Positions 29,163-37,624 of a stretch of DNA of 45,510 bases are shown here, in pieces. Positions within the stretch are counted from its first letter, which is position 1; each line of letters starts with the position of its first letter. The notes below the pieces were generated by a model. The model saw only the letters and a list, made by a program, of their open reading frames with translations, was not told the DNA's origin and ran no database searches. The position numbers and the translations under genes are program-made. The stretch is taken from the IMG/VR virus record IMGVR_UViG_2778261177_000004, positions 1 to 45,510 of that record; one strand, 5' to 3'. This DNA comes from a virus. Lineage: Duplodnaviria; Heunggongvirae; Uroviricota; Caudoviricetes.

Positions 29163-29925
29163 CGCAAAACGTCAGTGCTTTGATGCTCATGTCATCGTTT
29201 AACCTGAAGGTCGCGCGGTCCTGCCAGTTTATTGCAACTGTTGTTGCAACTTTTCCGGCTTCAATATGAGTCATTATTTCCTCTGACTGTAGGTCTACTT
29301 TCTTGCAACGAACTGCGCCGCCGTCATCGAACAGAGATTTCAATATGGCTTCTTCGCCTGCTTTAAAGCCTTGAGGAAATGTTGACTTGAACCATTCGGT
29401 CATAGTCATTTCGAGCGGTTCTATCGGCGTGAATGGAATCACTGGCAGGCTGCCAAGTGATTTACGTAAGAGCGCCAGCATTTCTTCTGCTTTTCTGGCG
29501 CTGGAAGCTTCAACGAAGACCAGATAGTTGTCGCGATCAATAAGGATTCGCGACAATGATTTGCGAGTGAATGCGCGAGGCAACAAAGAGTGGAGAACTT
29601 CATCCTTCAGGGTGTTTTTTTCCGACTTCTTCAGCTTACGAGATTGCTCATTTTCGAGCTTTTCCACTTTTTTCTGCACTTCCTCCTTAATGACATGAGA
29701 GGGCAGGAGCTTAATTTCTCGCTGTTGCTGGAGAAGTAGAAAACCGTGGTATTCATGGATCAGGTTGTCAGCCAGAACCGGCACCCATCCGACTTTTGCC
29801 ATTTCTTGTGATGCGCATGGAGTGAATGTGAATTGGCTTAAGGCATCACTAACGGTGGTTGAGTCCAGTTTAATTTCGCGGGCAAGGCGATAGACGTATA
29901 TGTTTTTAAAGGCGACTAATCTCAT
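29020..29925 (-). CDS. rdgC: recombination-associated protein RdgC homolog
   Basis: Collinear similarity to E. coli RdgC (recalled from memory): VYRL, FTPC, VLHSLLPRAF, LALLRKSLGSLPV, EDIDRED.AQRFDADFIL. ATG at 29925 chosen over the TTG at 29934. Confidence 0.85.
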   Translation of the reverse strand: MRLVAFKNIYVYRLAREIKLDSTTVSDALSQFTFTPCASQEMAKVGWVPVLADNLIHEYHGFLLLQQQREIKLLPSHVIKEEVQKKVEKLENEQSRKLKKSEKNTLKDEVLHSLLPRAFTRKSLSRILIDRDNYLVFVEASSARKAEEMLALLRKSLGSLPVIPFTPIEPLEMTMTEWFKSTFPQGFKAGEEAILKSLFDDGGAVRCKKVDLQSEEIMTHIEAGKVATTVAINWQDRATFRLNDDMSIKALTFCDDLYDQNDDIDREDVAQRFDADFILFTSELSAMFSSLVEAIGGEAEH

Positions 29926-29929
29926 GTTT

Positions 29930-29979
29930 TGCAAAACTGTGTTAGAAAATAAAACTCAATTATCTAACACAGTTTTGCA
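29930..29979. promoter_or_regulatory. 50-bp palindrome with perfect 17-bp arms (TGCAAAACTGTGTTAGA ... TCTAACACAGTTTTGCA); candidate operator or regulatory hairpin
   Basis: Lies between the spike gene stop and the rdgC start, 5 nt from the rdgC ATG, which has no obvious SD. Shares the TGTGTTAGAAAAT motif with other sites. Confidence 0.5.
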
Positions 29980-29984
29980 TTTTG

Positions 29985-30662
29985 CTATCCCTTCACAAAG
30001 GAGAAATTGCTCGCTGTTGCTTTTAGCGCGCCACCAGCTTTCAGGGCTATATCACCATCAGCGGCGACGGTTACATTGCTGCCTTTTACATTAACGTCTC
30101 CATCAGAGGATACATTGGTTTTGCTGCTTGATTTGACGTTAACCTCACCTCCAGCATTAAGCACTATATTCGCCGGGCCGATTATGTAAATCTGGCCGGA
30201 TTCGTTCATCCCTATCCTTGATCCTGCGGCGGTGTTTGCTATTTCATAGCCACCGCCAGCCGTTCTGACCTCAAGGATATTGTTTCGGTGAATAACAAAA
30301 TCTTCAGTCGCCGAAAACTGGGGGCGGGCAGGAGCACCATCAACTTCTTCTGGCGACCATCCACTTCCTTGTCCGGAGGCTTCTGGAGGCACATTTGGTA
30401 CGCCTCCTGGGGCATCCTGCGCCGCACCAACGATTAAAGGTCGGCGCGTGTCTATCCTGCCTTTAGCATCCAGATAAGGAAATTCGACCCAGACTAAATC
30501 GCCGCTGACTGTAGGTGTAAAGGCGTTACCGATAGGCATTTGATACTCTGCCCATGGGAGGTCTTCATCCGGTACACCGTTCCAGTCAGGCAGTATGCGG
30601 ACCTGCGCTCGCATAAGTCCGGCAGGGTGTTTGGTCCCTACGATTTGCGCTCTGCGTTTCAC
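29985..30662 (-). CDS. baseplate central spike protein (gpV / gp45 / gp5 OB-fold-like)
   Basis: 225 aa; N-terminal OB-like region (RAQVRILPDWNGVPDEDLPWAEY...GDLVWVEF) and C-terminal Gly-rich beta-helix-like repeats. Confidence 0.55.
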   Translation of the reverse strand: MKRRAQIVGTKHPAGLMRAQVRILPDWNGVPDEDLPWAEYQMPIGNAFTPTVSGDLVWVEFPYLDAKGRIDTRRPLIVGAAQDAPGGVPNVPPEASGQGSGWSPEEVDGAPARPQFSATEDFVIHRNNILEVRTAGGGYEIANTAAGSRIGMNESGQIYIIGPANIVLNAGGEVNVKSSSKTNVSSDGDVNVKGSNVTVAADGDIALKAGGALKATASNFSFVKG

Positions 30663-31639
30663 TGGTTGGGTACTCCTAATATCATTCGTGTTGTATAGCC
30701 GATCCGGTCCTCAAAATGGGCTACGTTTTTCACCAACAGCTTACGAGGCAACGATTCGTCCAGCTTATTTTCCTGGTCGTAACGATACACGAGGATCTCA
30801 ATAACCATTCCCGGCGTGATGTCGGGATTACCCGCGACCTCAATATCCATTTTGGGTACGAGCGACAATTGCATATTGCGCAGAGTTTCCATATCCGGAT
30901 CGGATATATAGCGTATTGGAAGTGAGCTATCGCCATATTCGACATAGCCTTCAGTCATTGAATAGCCGGTAAATCGATACTGAGTATTTTCCGTAACGGC
31001 ATACTCTTGCTGTATAAGCCTCATTTTTGAAATCGTGTATTCCGCCCTGGGGTTGTTCCCTTCATAGGTGAATGATGGTTTGGCTTTCATAAGGTCAGCT
31101 AATGTATAAAAGTTAAACTGACCACGGCAGGCCCAGCATAAAGCGCCTTTGTCGCGGGCCATTTCAGATAGCATTTTGGAGGGTTTTTCCCCGGCGGAAA
31201 GATGGTACGTACAGCTTCGTTTCAATGCGCTGGAGGCGATTTTCAGTGTACCGGTATACGTCTTGAAAATGGTATCAGGCGTTTTATTTGTATGCAGGTT
31301 AGCCCGTATAGCGGGGATCTTAAATATCCGAACGTCTTCACTGACTGCAATGACCGTGATGACATCACCAGCCAGCACCGCAGATGTTACGAAAAAAGTT
31401 GTTTTAAACGTGCCTGAATTGCCTTGTGGATCTCCCATCTCTGCAACCAGTGCTGCGCCGTATTTTGTTTTCCAGTCATCAATTATGGTGCCGGTAATGT
31501 CGTGAATTTCCAGTTTCAGCAATGGTGCACGCAGGTTTGCCTTTTCCACATATACGGCAGTGAATATCCACTCCCTGGGTACTTTGTTTCCGTTGATGGT
31601 AACGGACTGTAGAAAGTATTGCTGTAGCTCCTGGGACAT
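30659..31639 (-). CDS. baseplate hub-like protein (gpD/gp44 position), function uncertain
   Basis: 326-aa ORF immediately upstream of the spike gene; assignment by synteny only. Confidence 0.4.
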   Translation of the reverse strand: MSQELQQYFLQSVTINGNKVPREWIFTAVYVEKANLRAPLLKLEIHDITGTIIDDWKTKYGAALVAEMGDPQGNSGTFKTTFFVTSAVLAGDVITVIAVSEDVRIFKIPAIRANLHTNKTPDTIFKTYTGTLKIASSALKRSCTYHLSAGEKPSKMLSEMARDKGALCWACRGQFNFYTLADLMKAKPSFTYEGNNPRAEYTISKMRLIQQEYAVTENTQYRFTGYSMTEGYVEYGDSSLPIRYISDPDMETLRNMQLSLVPKMDIEVAGNPDITPGMVIEILVYRYDQENKLDESLPRKLLVKNVAHFEDRIGYTTRMILGVPNQ

Positions 31640-31642
31640 GGC

Positions 31643-32410
31643 TTACCCCATTCTCAGAGAGGTTTCAGTAATAATTCGTTTCGCGTCCAGCTCCCAGGCG
31701 GTGATCACGTCTGCTATAACACTAATTGCCGTTTGTGCAGCATAAATACGCTCTTCCCCAATTGGGGCTGAAACATCAGTAAAACTGATGTCTTTAGCAT
31801 CCTGAATCGCGCAAATTAGCGGGACGGGTACTCGTACCAGCGGGGTTGTTGCTTCAAACTGCGTTCCTGCCATCAAGCGAAGACGTGCTCCTAGCGAATT
31901 ACACATCAGACTCATGGTCGCCTTATCCGTCGCCATTAATGTAACGTCATACGTCAGATTTGCCTGGGTGTATTCCAGGGCTACTAAAGGCATACCGCTG
32001 CCAGGTTCGCAGAAGTGATCACAGCTTTTGCGGTCTATCTGCTGGTCATTGTTGATATAGCTGATATCCATTGAGCGCGAGATATTAATCAGAGGGAGTG
32101 CATCGCGATTAATGTTCGGATTCTCTGGCTTTCTCCCTTGCCCGGCATTAGCACGGCGAACCGCTTTAAGGAACTCGACCGCGTTATCAAAACGGGCAAC
32201 ATAAACACGCTCCGCTGGTGGGCGACTCAGGAATGATGCAAAGCGCCTTTCTTCTTTTGCTGGTTCCACCAGCGTTACGTCAGAAAAAATGTCACTGATT
32301 AGCGTAGCAAAAGCGTTATCCACTCTTTCCAGACCAGTTGTCTGGAATTTTCCAGTACGCGTTGTCTGCCACTCGCCAATGCGGGACAGGAGAGTTTTGT
32401 TGGGTGTCAT
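31643..32410 (-). CDS. hypothetical tail/baseplate assembly protein
   Basis: 255-aa ORF in the operon. Confidence 0.4.
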   Translation of the reverse strand: MTPNKTLLSRIGEWQTTRTGKFQTTGLERVDNAFATLISDIFSDVTLVEPAKEERRFASFLSRPPAERVYVARFDNAVEFLKAVRRANAGQGRKPENPNINRDALPLINISRSMDISYINNDQQIDRKSCDHFCEPGSGMPLVALEYTQANLTYDVTLMATDKATMSLMCNSLGARLRLMAGTQFEATTPLVRVPVPLICAIQDAKDISFTDVSAPIGEERIYAAQTAISVIADVITAWELDAKRIITETSLRMG

Positions 32411-33276
32411 TCGATCACTCCGTTTTGAGTGGTATCAAAGTTCCTGGCCGGGATGCAGTAATAAAGGGAGCCGACGTGTTGTGTTCCGTAGCTGAAGATT
32501 CGATGCACGTACCACCAGCGGCGGGCGAGGCCATTCGCCATTTCTTCGTTCCATTCCAGGATTGAACCAACAGGTACGTTGTTTGCAGCAATACGTAGGA
32601 TTAGCACTTCATCAGCAAGACCATCCTGTTCTCCATCGGCATCAATGGCATGAAACGAATCCCTTCCGTCCGGGTTATCTAGGACGTATACGATTTCCGG
32701 TTCCAGATAGGTAAGCTCACGCTGGTTGTTGTCCAGTTGCGTGAAAGACTCTTCACCTGTTTCATCGTTTACGACGCCATAGGTGCCATCAGCCGGGCGG
32801 TATAAAAGCGCCTCGAACGCGTCAGGGCTTGATTCAATAATGAGCATCCAATCGGCGCGGATCTGGTCGTTGAACGCTTTATGTCCGTTATATCGGGTTT
32901 TAAGCTGCTGGTTTGGTTCTCTGTTAGCGAGCGATGCCGGTAGGGGAGCGATGTCAGGTTCAATCACTTCCGTAACAGAGTCACCAGCATTATCAGGCCA
33001 ATTATCATGGCTATTAGATTGGGTGGCGGCGTGCTCTTCCAGAATACTGAATGGCCCTGCACTGACATTCCCATTTTCCGTTGTGCTTCCTTCATTCGCT
33101 TCAACCGTCGTTGTCTCTTCTCTCTGCGTGCTGTCATGTTCTGTTCCCTTTCTCATCAGGCTTGCATCATCAGCAAGCCATTCATCAAAACGGCCCATAA
33201 GCGTCCTCAAAGGTCGATTTATCTGGTATCGAGGGGCATTGTCTGGAGATTGTGATTTCAATTCATATCCCAGCAT
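32407..33276 (-). CDS. hypothetical tail protein (acidic)
   Basis: 289-aa ORF, first in this minus-strand cluster. Confidence 0.4.
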   Translation of the reverse strand: MLGYELKSQSPDNAPRYQINRPLRTLMGRFDEWLADDASLMRKGTEHDSTQREETTTVEANEGSTTENGNVSAGPFSILEEHAATQSNSHDNWPDNAGDSVTEVIEPDIAPLPASLANREPNQQLKTRYNGHKAFNDQIRADWMLIIESSPDAFEALLYRPADGTYGVVNDETGEESFTQLDNNQRELTYLEPEIVYVLDNPDGRDSFHAIDADGEQDGLADEVLILRIAANNVPVGSILEWNEEMANGLARRWWYVHRIFSYGTQHVGSLYYCIPARNFDTTQNGVIE

Positions 33277-33342
33277 GGGACTAAAGTGCTTTACATTGTC
33301 CCATATTGGGACTACTATACTTTCAGAGAGAAGGAATCTGTG

Positions 33343-33645
33343 ATGAAAATAATTTCGGTAAAAACACTAAGGGATTTCTGGGCGAAGAATCCCGATGCAG
33401 AACAGCCATTAAAGGCATGGGTTGATGAAGCAACAAAGGCTGACTGGAAAAACCCGGCTGAGATCAAAGAACAGTACCGGACAGCCAGCATCCTTAAAAA
33501 CAGGCGCGTGGTGTTTAATATTAAGGGAAATGATTACAGGTTAATTGTCGCAATTGCTTATCAGCGAGGATGGATGTTCGTTAAGTTTATTGGAACACAT
33601 AAGGAATACGATGCCATTGAAGCGGATACAATAGAACTGGAGTAA
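33343..33645 (+). CDS. higB: type II toxin HigB (RelE/ParE superfamily mRNA interferase)
   Basis: 100 aa from the ATG at 33343 with an AAGGA RBS; ...GNDYRLIVAIAYQRGWMFVKFIGTHKEYD matches the HigB/YgjN pattern; toxin precedes antitoxin as in higBA. Confidence 0.8.
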   Translation: MKIISVKTLRDFWAKNPDAEQPLKAWVDEATKADWKNPAEIKEQYRTASILKNRRVVFNIKGNDYRLIVAIAYQRGWMFVKFIGTHKEYDAIEADTIELE

Positions 33646-33648
33646 ATC

Positions 33649-34008
33649 ATGAACATTAAACCTATCCGTACAGAACAAGATTATGAGGCCGCACTGCGTG
33701 CGGTCGAACCGATGTTCGATAACGAACCGGAAATGAACACACCGGAAGGCGATTTCTTTGAAGTAATGTGCCTGCTCATCGAAGAGTACGAGAAAAAGCA
33801 TTACCCAATTGAGCCACCATCACCTATTGAAGCCATTAAGTTTCGTATGGAACAGCAAGGGCTGACAGTGAAGGATCTGGAACCGGCAATTGGTAAGTCA
33901 AACCGTGTTTACGAAGTGCTTAATGGCACGCGAAATTTGACGTTACCTATGATTCGTCGTTTACATTCCCAGTTTGGCATTCCTCTTGAAAGCCTGGTTG
34001 GTGTTTGA
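33649..34008 (+). CDS. higA: antitoxin HigA (HTH-XRE)
   Basis: 119 aa with a C-terminal HTH (GLTVKDLEPAIGKSNRVYEVLNGTRNLTLPMIRRL) directly after higB. Confidence 0.8.
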   Translation: MNIKPIRTEQDYEAALRAVEPMFDNEPEMNTPEGDFFEVMCLLIEEYEKKHYPIEPPSPIEAIKFRMEQQGLTVKDLEPAIGKSNRVYEVLNGTRNLTLPMIRRLHSQFGIPLESLVGV

Positions 34009-34069
34009 GTCTGGCGGTCTGGAAGACCGCCTTCACCAAAAATAAAGATAAGAAGGTTTGAATTTTTAT

Positions 34070-34807
34070 ATGAGCAAAGATTCATCATTAGAAAATAAAG
34101 ATGAAAATGTCACAGTCAGGAACACAATAGAAGAAGCCATAAGAGACAAGTTATTTAATAAGTTGTTTGCATATGTTGTGGTTTCTTTTTTTGTCGTTAA
34201 CTGGCAGGATATTATTATATTATTTAAATCAAAGTACGATATATATACAACATTGTCTATAGTATGGGTTGGTGAGAAATATCACTTTCCTTATGTTGGC
34301 CCCATCATTGTATCTCCGTTTGTGGCTCATTTTGTTATGCCATTTATATATGGAACCACTGCGTCAGTGGTAATGCCTTATATAACAATGTATATATCAA
34401 AAGCAACAGGCAGGAACTATGCAAGAATTAGATACATTGACTATGAGTTTGATTTAGAAGAGAGGGCAAGAATAAAAGAGTTGCAGATCAACTTGAAGCA
34501 AAAAGAGAGCAAGCTTTTAAGTCTAGAAAAGCAAACAGAAGATCAATATAAATTATTGTCTGCAATTGAAGAGAAGAAGAGAGAGACTGAGAGTGCCAGA
34601 GTGGCTCTGTATCACGGCATAAAAGTAATTGTCGATGTATATAAAGCAAAAAAGAAAAGAATTTCCACCCAAGAAGATTTTGCCGATTTATTAAAAGCAA
34701 TTGAAGAAAGCGATTTTTATAAAGACACTGGATTGTGGGGTATTAATAAACTAATAGATGACGTAGAGACAATATATGAGTCTCAATCGACATCAAAGGA
34801 CAAGTAA
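34070..34807 (+). CDS. AT-rich integral membrane protein with C-terminal coiled coil (unknown function; candidate exclusion/abortive-infection factor)
   Basis: About 245 aa from the ATG at 34070 (AGAAGG RBS); about 4 predicted TM segments then a charged coiled-coil tail; sampled GC about 30-35 percent versus about 50 percent nearby; flanked by hairpins. Confidence 0.55.
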   Translation: MSKDSSLENKDENVTVRNTIEEAIRDKLFNKLFAYVVVSFFVVNWQDIIILFKSKYDIYTTLSIVWVGEKYHFPYVGPIIVSPFVAHFVMPFIYGTTASVVMPYITMYISKATGRNYARIRYIDYEFDLEERARIKELQINLKQKESKLLSLEKQTEDQYKLLSAIEEKKRETESARVALYHGIKVIVDVYKAKKKRISTQEDFADLLKAIEESDFYKDTGLWGINKLIDDVETIYESQSTSKDK

Positions 34808-34812
34808 TATAA

Positions 34813-34832
34813 AAGGCGGGATAACCGCCTTT
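34813..34832. terminator. bidirectional terminator hairpin (aaaggcgg/ccgccttt)
   Basis: Inverted repeat between convergent genes with T/A-rich flanks. Confidence 0.5.
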
Positions 34833-34840
34833 GTTGTAAA

Positions 34841-36037
34841 TTAAGAACCTTTCTTCACATACTCCATAAACATTTTTTCAGCTTGCTCAGGTGACGTTCC
34901 TGTCATGACCAGCGCATCAATGAACGCTTGCTTCTTCAGTGCGAATTGATCGGCAAGGCGTTGCTGAAGCTCCTTGTTTTTCTGTTTCTCACGTTGCAAG
35001 GCTGCTTCTTTTGCTGCTGCCCGTTTTTTCTGTGCATCGGACAACTTTCTGGCCCTGGTCAGCTGATCACGTAGCTTGTCAATCTTGCCGTTGTCCTTTG
35101 CCAGTTTTGTGCTTAAAGCGGCCTGGCGTTTCTGATAGAGCTTCCATTCACGTTTAGCTGCCTCAACATTCGTTTTGCTGCTACGATTTCGATTGAACGC
35201 CTTCTCGTCTTCTTTTGTGAAGTGTTTTGTCGTGCGGCGGCGATCGTCACCAAAGGCAACTTGCGTTGCAGCTTTTTGCAGGGCGCGAGCAATACTCATC
35301 TGCCAACTGGCAGACTGTAGTCGTGTCATTGAGTGGATCACATGTTTACAGGCGACGCCTTGCAGCTTAGGGTTGCGAACTTTTGGATAGGCGTATTCTT
35401 TTGGCGGGGCCAGGGCAAAGTTACCCGCAGTGGCGATGTAGCGATACCAGTATTGATGGCGACCGCAGTCACAATCGAAAGACACTCGCCCGGCACACAG
35501 TGATTTTGTGACTTTCAGGGCTGATTTATCGTCTTCTGCGATGTCATCGACCATCTGATCCCATTCTTCAAAACGTACCCGGACAATGTGGTGCTGGTGA
35601 ACGGATATATCGGACGCTTCCACGCGGATATTAATCACATTGTGACGAAGAGATACGGGCGTAGCTCTTTTGATACCAGAACCGTCGTCTACGGCGTTAT
35701 TTGCTCGCTTAATATCGATAGCCTGGCTGGACGCTACCAGTTGTGCGTATGTAATGCCAGCCGTCTTGCTGTCGTATTTTTCGCGTGCTTTGCTTCGCAG
35801 CTTTTCGAAGCCTTTCAGATCGTCACGCGTAAAGAACGTGCCGCCTTTCTTTTTCCCCAGCTTAAGAATGTCTTCGGCTGATTTATTCCTAAGCCTGCCC
35901 GGCGTGAGTGTCCTGTGCGCCTGGCGGCGTTTGCGGTTTTGCTCTTTCCTGATGAGTTCAAATACGCGTGTGAAATCCTTAGAGGACAGGCCGTCAGTGA
36001 TATATCGCCCGTCCTGATTTTTCAGGAAGTCAGGCAT
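34841..36037 (-). CDS. SWIM-type zinc-finger protein with basic coiled-coil C-terminus
   Basis: 398 aa; CxC...CxH signature (FDCDCGRHQYW...GVACKHVIH); K/R/Q-rich C-terminal coiled coil. Confidence 0.5.
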   Translation of the reverse strand: MPDFLKNQDGRYITDGLSSKDFTRVFELIRKEQNRKRRQAHRTLTPGRLRNKSAEDILKLGKKKGGTFFTRDDLKGFEKLRSKAREKYDSKTAGITYAQLVASSQAIDIKRANNAVDDGSGIKRATPVSLRHNVINIRVEASDISVHQHHIVRVRFEEWDQMVDDIAEDDKSALKVTKSLCAGRVSFDCDCGRHQYWYRYIATAGNFALAPPKEYAYPKVRNPKLQGVACKHVIHSMTRLQSASWQMSIARALQKAATQVAFGDDRRRTTKHFTKEDEKAFNRNRSSKTNVEAAKREWKLYQKRQAALSTKLAKDNGKIDKLRDQLTRARKLSDAQKKRAAAKEAALQREKQKNKELQQRLADQFALKKQAFIDALVMTGTSPEQAEKMFMEYVKKGS

Positions 36038-36359
36038 TTTCTATCTCCGGTGCCGAGCCAGCGTAATCGCGAATCTTGTTTCTTAGCCATGCTGCGTCAG
36101 GAAGAGTTAACGTTGTCCCTACCGGCATTTCTTCCATTTCTGACTCATGGCCCACCAGCACGCGAAATACCCAGCGCAAATCAGCGTTGCCATAGGCGCG
36201 ATAGGCCGCCAGGTCTGAGCGATAAACCTCATCAATTTTTATCGTGTACTGGAAATTATCGGAGTGATACTCCGATACCCGCTTGATCATCTCCTGATGG
36301 AATAGTGCGCGCAGCACATCGTCTTCAATGCATCGATCGTCGAGCCTGCTGTAACTCAT
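36030..36359 (-). CDS. hypothetical protein (operon partner of the SWIM protein)
   Basis: 109-aa ORF overlapping the downstream gene by 8 nt. Confidence 0.45.
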   Translation of the reverse strand: MSYSRLDDRCIEDDVLRALFHQEMIKRVSEYHSDNFQYTIKIDEVYRSDLAAYRAYGNADLRWVFRVLVGHESEMEEMPVGTTLTLPDAAWLRNKIRDYAGSAPEIENA

Positions 36360-36552
36360 AACAGTTCCTCACAGTCATAACCTGGGGGAAACTGTATACA
36401 GGGTGTGAAATGCGAGAAACAGACAGGCCACCAGTTCAGGGGGATGTGGTTCATAAATCCCCTCATTGGTGACAAGTGACTTTCATTAATCTTTATGCGG
36501 GGGCCAGCTTCATTTGCTGGCATTAGATTAAAAATTAAACGGAGTGAATGAC

Positions 36553-36687
36553 ATGGATGTTATTCTAGAATTGTTAAAGCTTATTGATCTGTTTATGAAC
36601 GCCTCATTGACCACGCAAATACTGGCGTCAGTATTTTTGTTACTCTTCTACCTAGTATTGAGGGAGTTAACAAAGCTACTAATGTGA
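36553..36687 (+). CDS. small hydrophobic peptide (44 aa; candidate membrane peptide / type I toxin-like)
   Basis: GGAG RBS upstream of the ATG; sequence MDVILELLKLIDLFMNASLTTQILASVFLLLFYLVLRELTKLLM; stop abuts the convergent gene. Below the ORF-track size cutoff. Confidence 0.35.
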   Translation: MDVILELLKLIDLFMNASLTTQILASVFLLLFYLVLRELTKLLM

Positions 36688-37341
36688 TCAAAGTATCACG
36701 GTATCTTCATCAACTTCTTTCCCAGCCAGTGACTTTGGCTGGGAGGTGCCTGCTTTAACTTTTTCATGCCCAATAATGGAAAGGAACGAAGCGAGTATGC
36801 CTGTTTTTTGCTCTTTCTCGACTGTCCCGGTCATCTGCTCTACGTAATCCGCACTGGCAACGTTGTGGTATACGGTCGCGTAGCAACACAGGATCATCAG
36901 AATATGCTCCGGCCTGATATCCTGCCAGTTCACCCTGTAGACTTCTTCTCCGTTACCGTTGTATTCGGTATCAACGATAGAGTCGGGGATTTCGAAAGCA
37001 CCTTTGTTATTTTGCGGCAGGGATAATAGCTTCTGGAGTTTTAACTCTCTGTATCTTTCCATCCCGACGATGATTGCTGCTCTGCCATCGGCATGACGTG
37101 TCTTGAGAGTCACTTGGCTTGCTCCGGTGCCAGCGGAGATCGTTGGCGTAATTTCGTCTACCAGTACCTTAAATTTGCTTTTCCGCAGGGCTGCTATAGC
37201 TGGAGGAATTTTTTGCTTTTGCTCCAATGCTGACGCGGGAAGGGGTTTTACTTCGTTAATAATGAGAGCACCGTCTTTCAGTATTGCAGTGAGCATTTGA
37301 GGCTTGCTGGTGGTCAGGCTGAATATTGCGATCTTTTCCAT
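36688..37341 (-). CDS. hypothetical protein
   Basis: 217 aa from the ATG at 37341 with a strong GGAGGAAGG RBS; the track start at 37383 would run into the upstream terminator hairpin. Confidence 0.5.
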   Translation of the reverse strand: MEKIAIFSLTTSKPQMLTAILKDGALIINEVKPLPASALEQKQKIPPAIAALRKSKFKVLVDEITPTISAGTGASQVTLKTRHADGRAAIIVGMERYRELKLQKLLSLPQNNKGAFEIPDSIVDTEYNGNGEEVYRVNWQDIRPEHILMILCCYATVYHNVASADYVEQMTGTVEKEQKTGILASFLSIIGHEKVKAGTSQPKSLAGKEVDEDTVIL

Positions 37342-37368
37342 TGTCCTTCCTCCACGGATGACGGATAC

Positions 37369-37392
37369 AAAAAAAGGCCGCACATGGCGGCC
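37369..37392 (-). terminator. strong rho-independent terminator-like hairpin (ggccgccatgtgcggcc + U7) on the minus strand, directly upstream of the 36688-37341 gene
   Basis: GC-rich 6-bp stem with a 5-nt loop followed by a T7 run on the minus strand. Confidence 0.5.
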
Positions 37393-37624
37393 TGCTTTGG
37401 CGTTATGACTCCCTACCGCGCTTCGGCTGAAAGTTAATCGTCAAAAGAACCTTCAACGGGAGCCGTTAGCGCGATGGATTATGTGTAGTTTGTGATTTCC
37501 AAAATAGTGTCAACCACTTTTTGTGGATTTTATTTTTTGACCGAAATTTGGCCTAAATCATGTTGATGTAGTTAATTGTTTTTATAACATAAAACTTCAT
37601 TTTGTTTACATGAAGGATGGTGTA

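Noticed and set aside
36385-36400. Possible LexA box (CTGTATACAG)
   Set aside because: The palindrome is only 10 bp (CTGT-AT-ACAG) and lacks the CTGT-N8-ACAG spacing of an SOS box.
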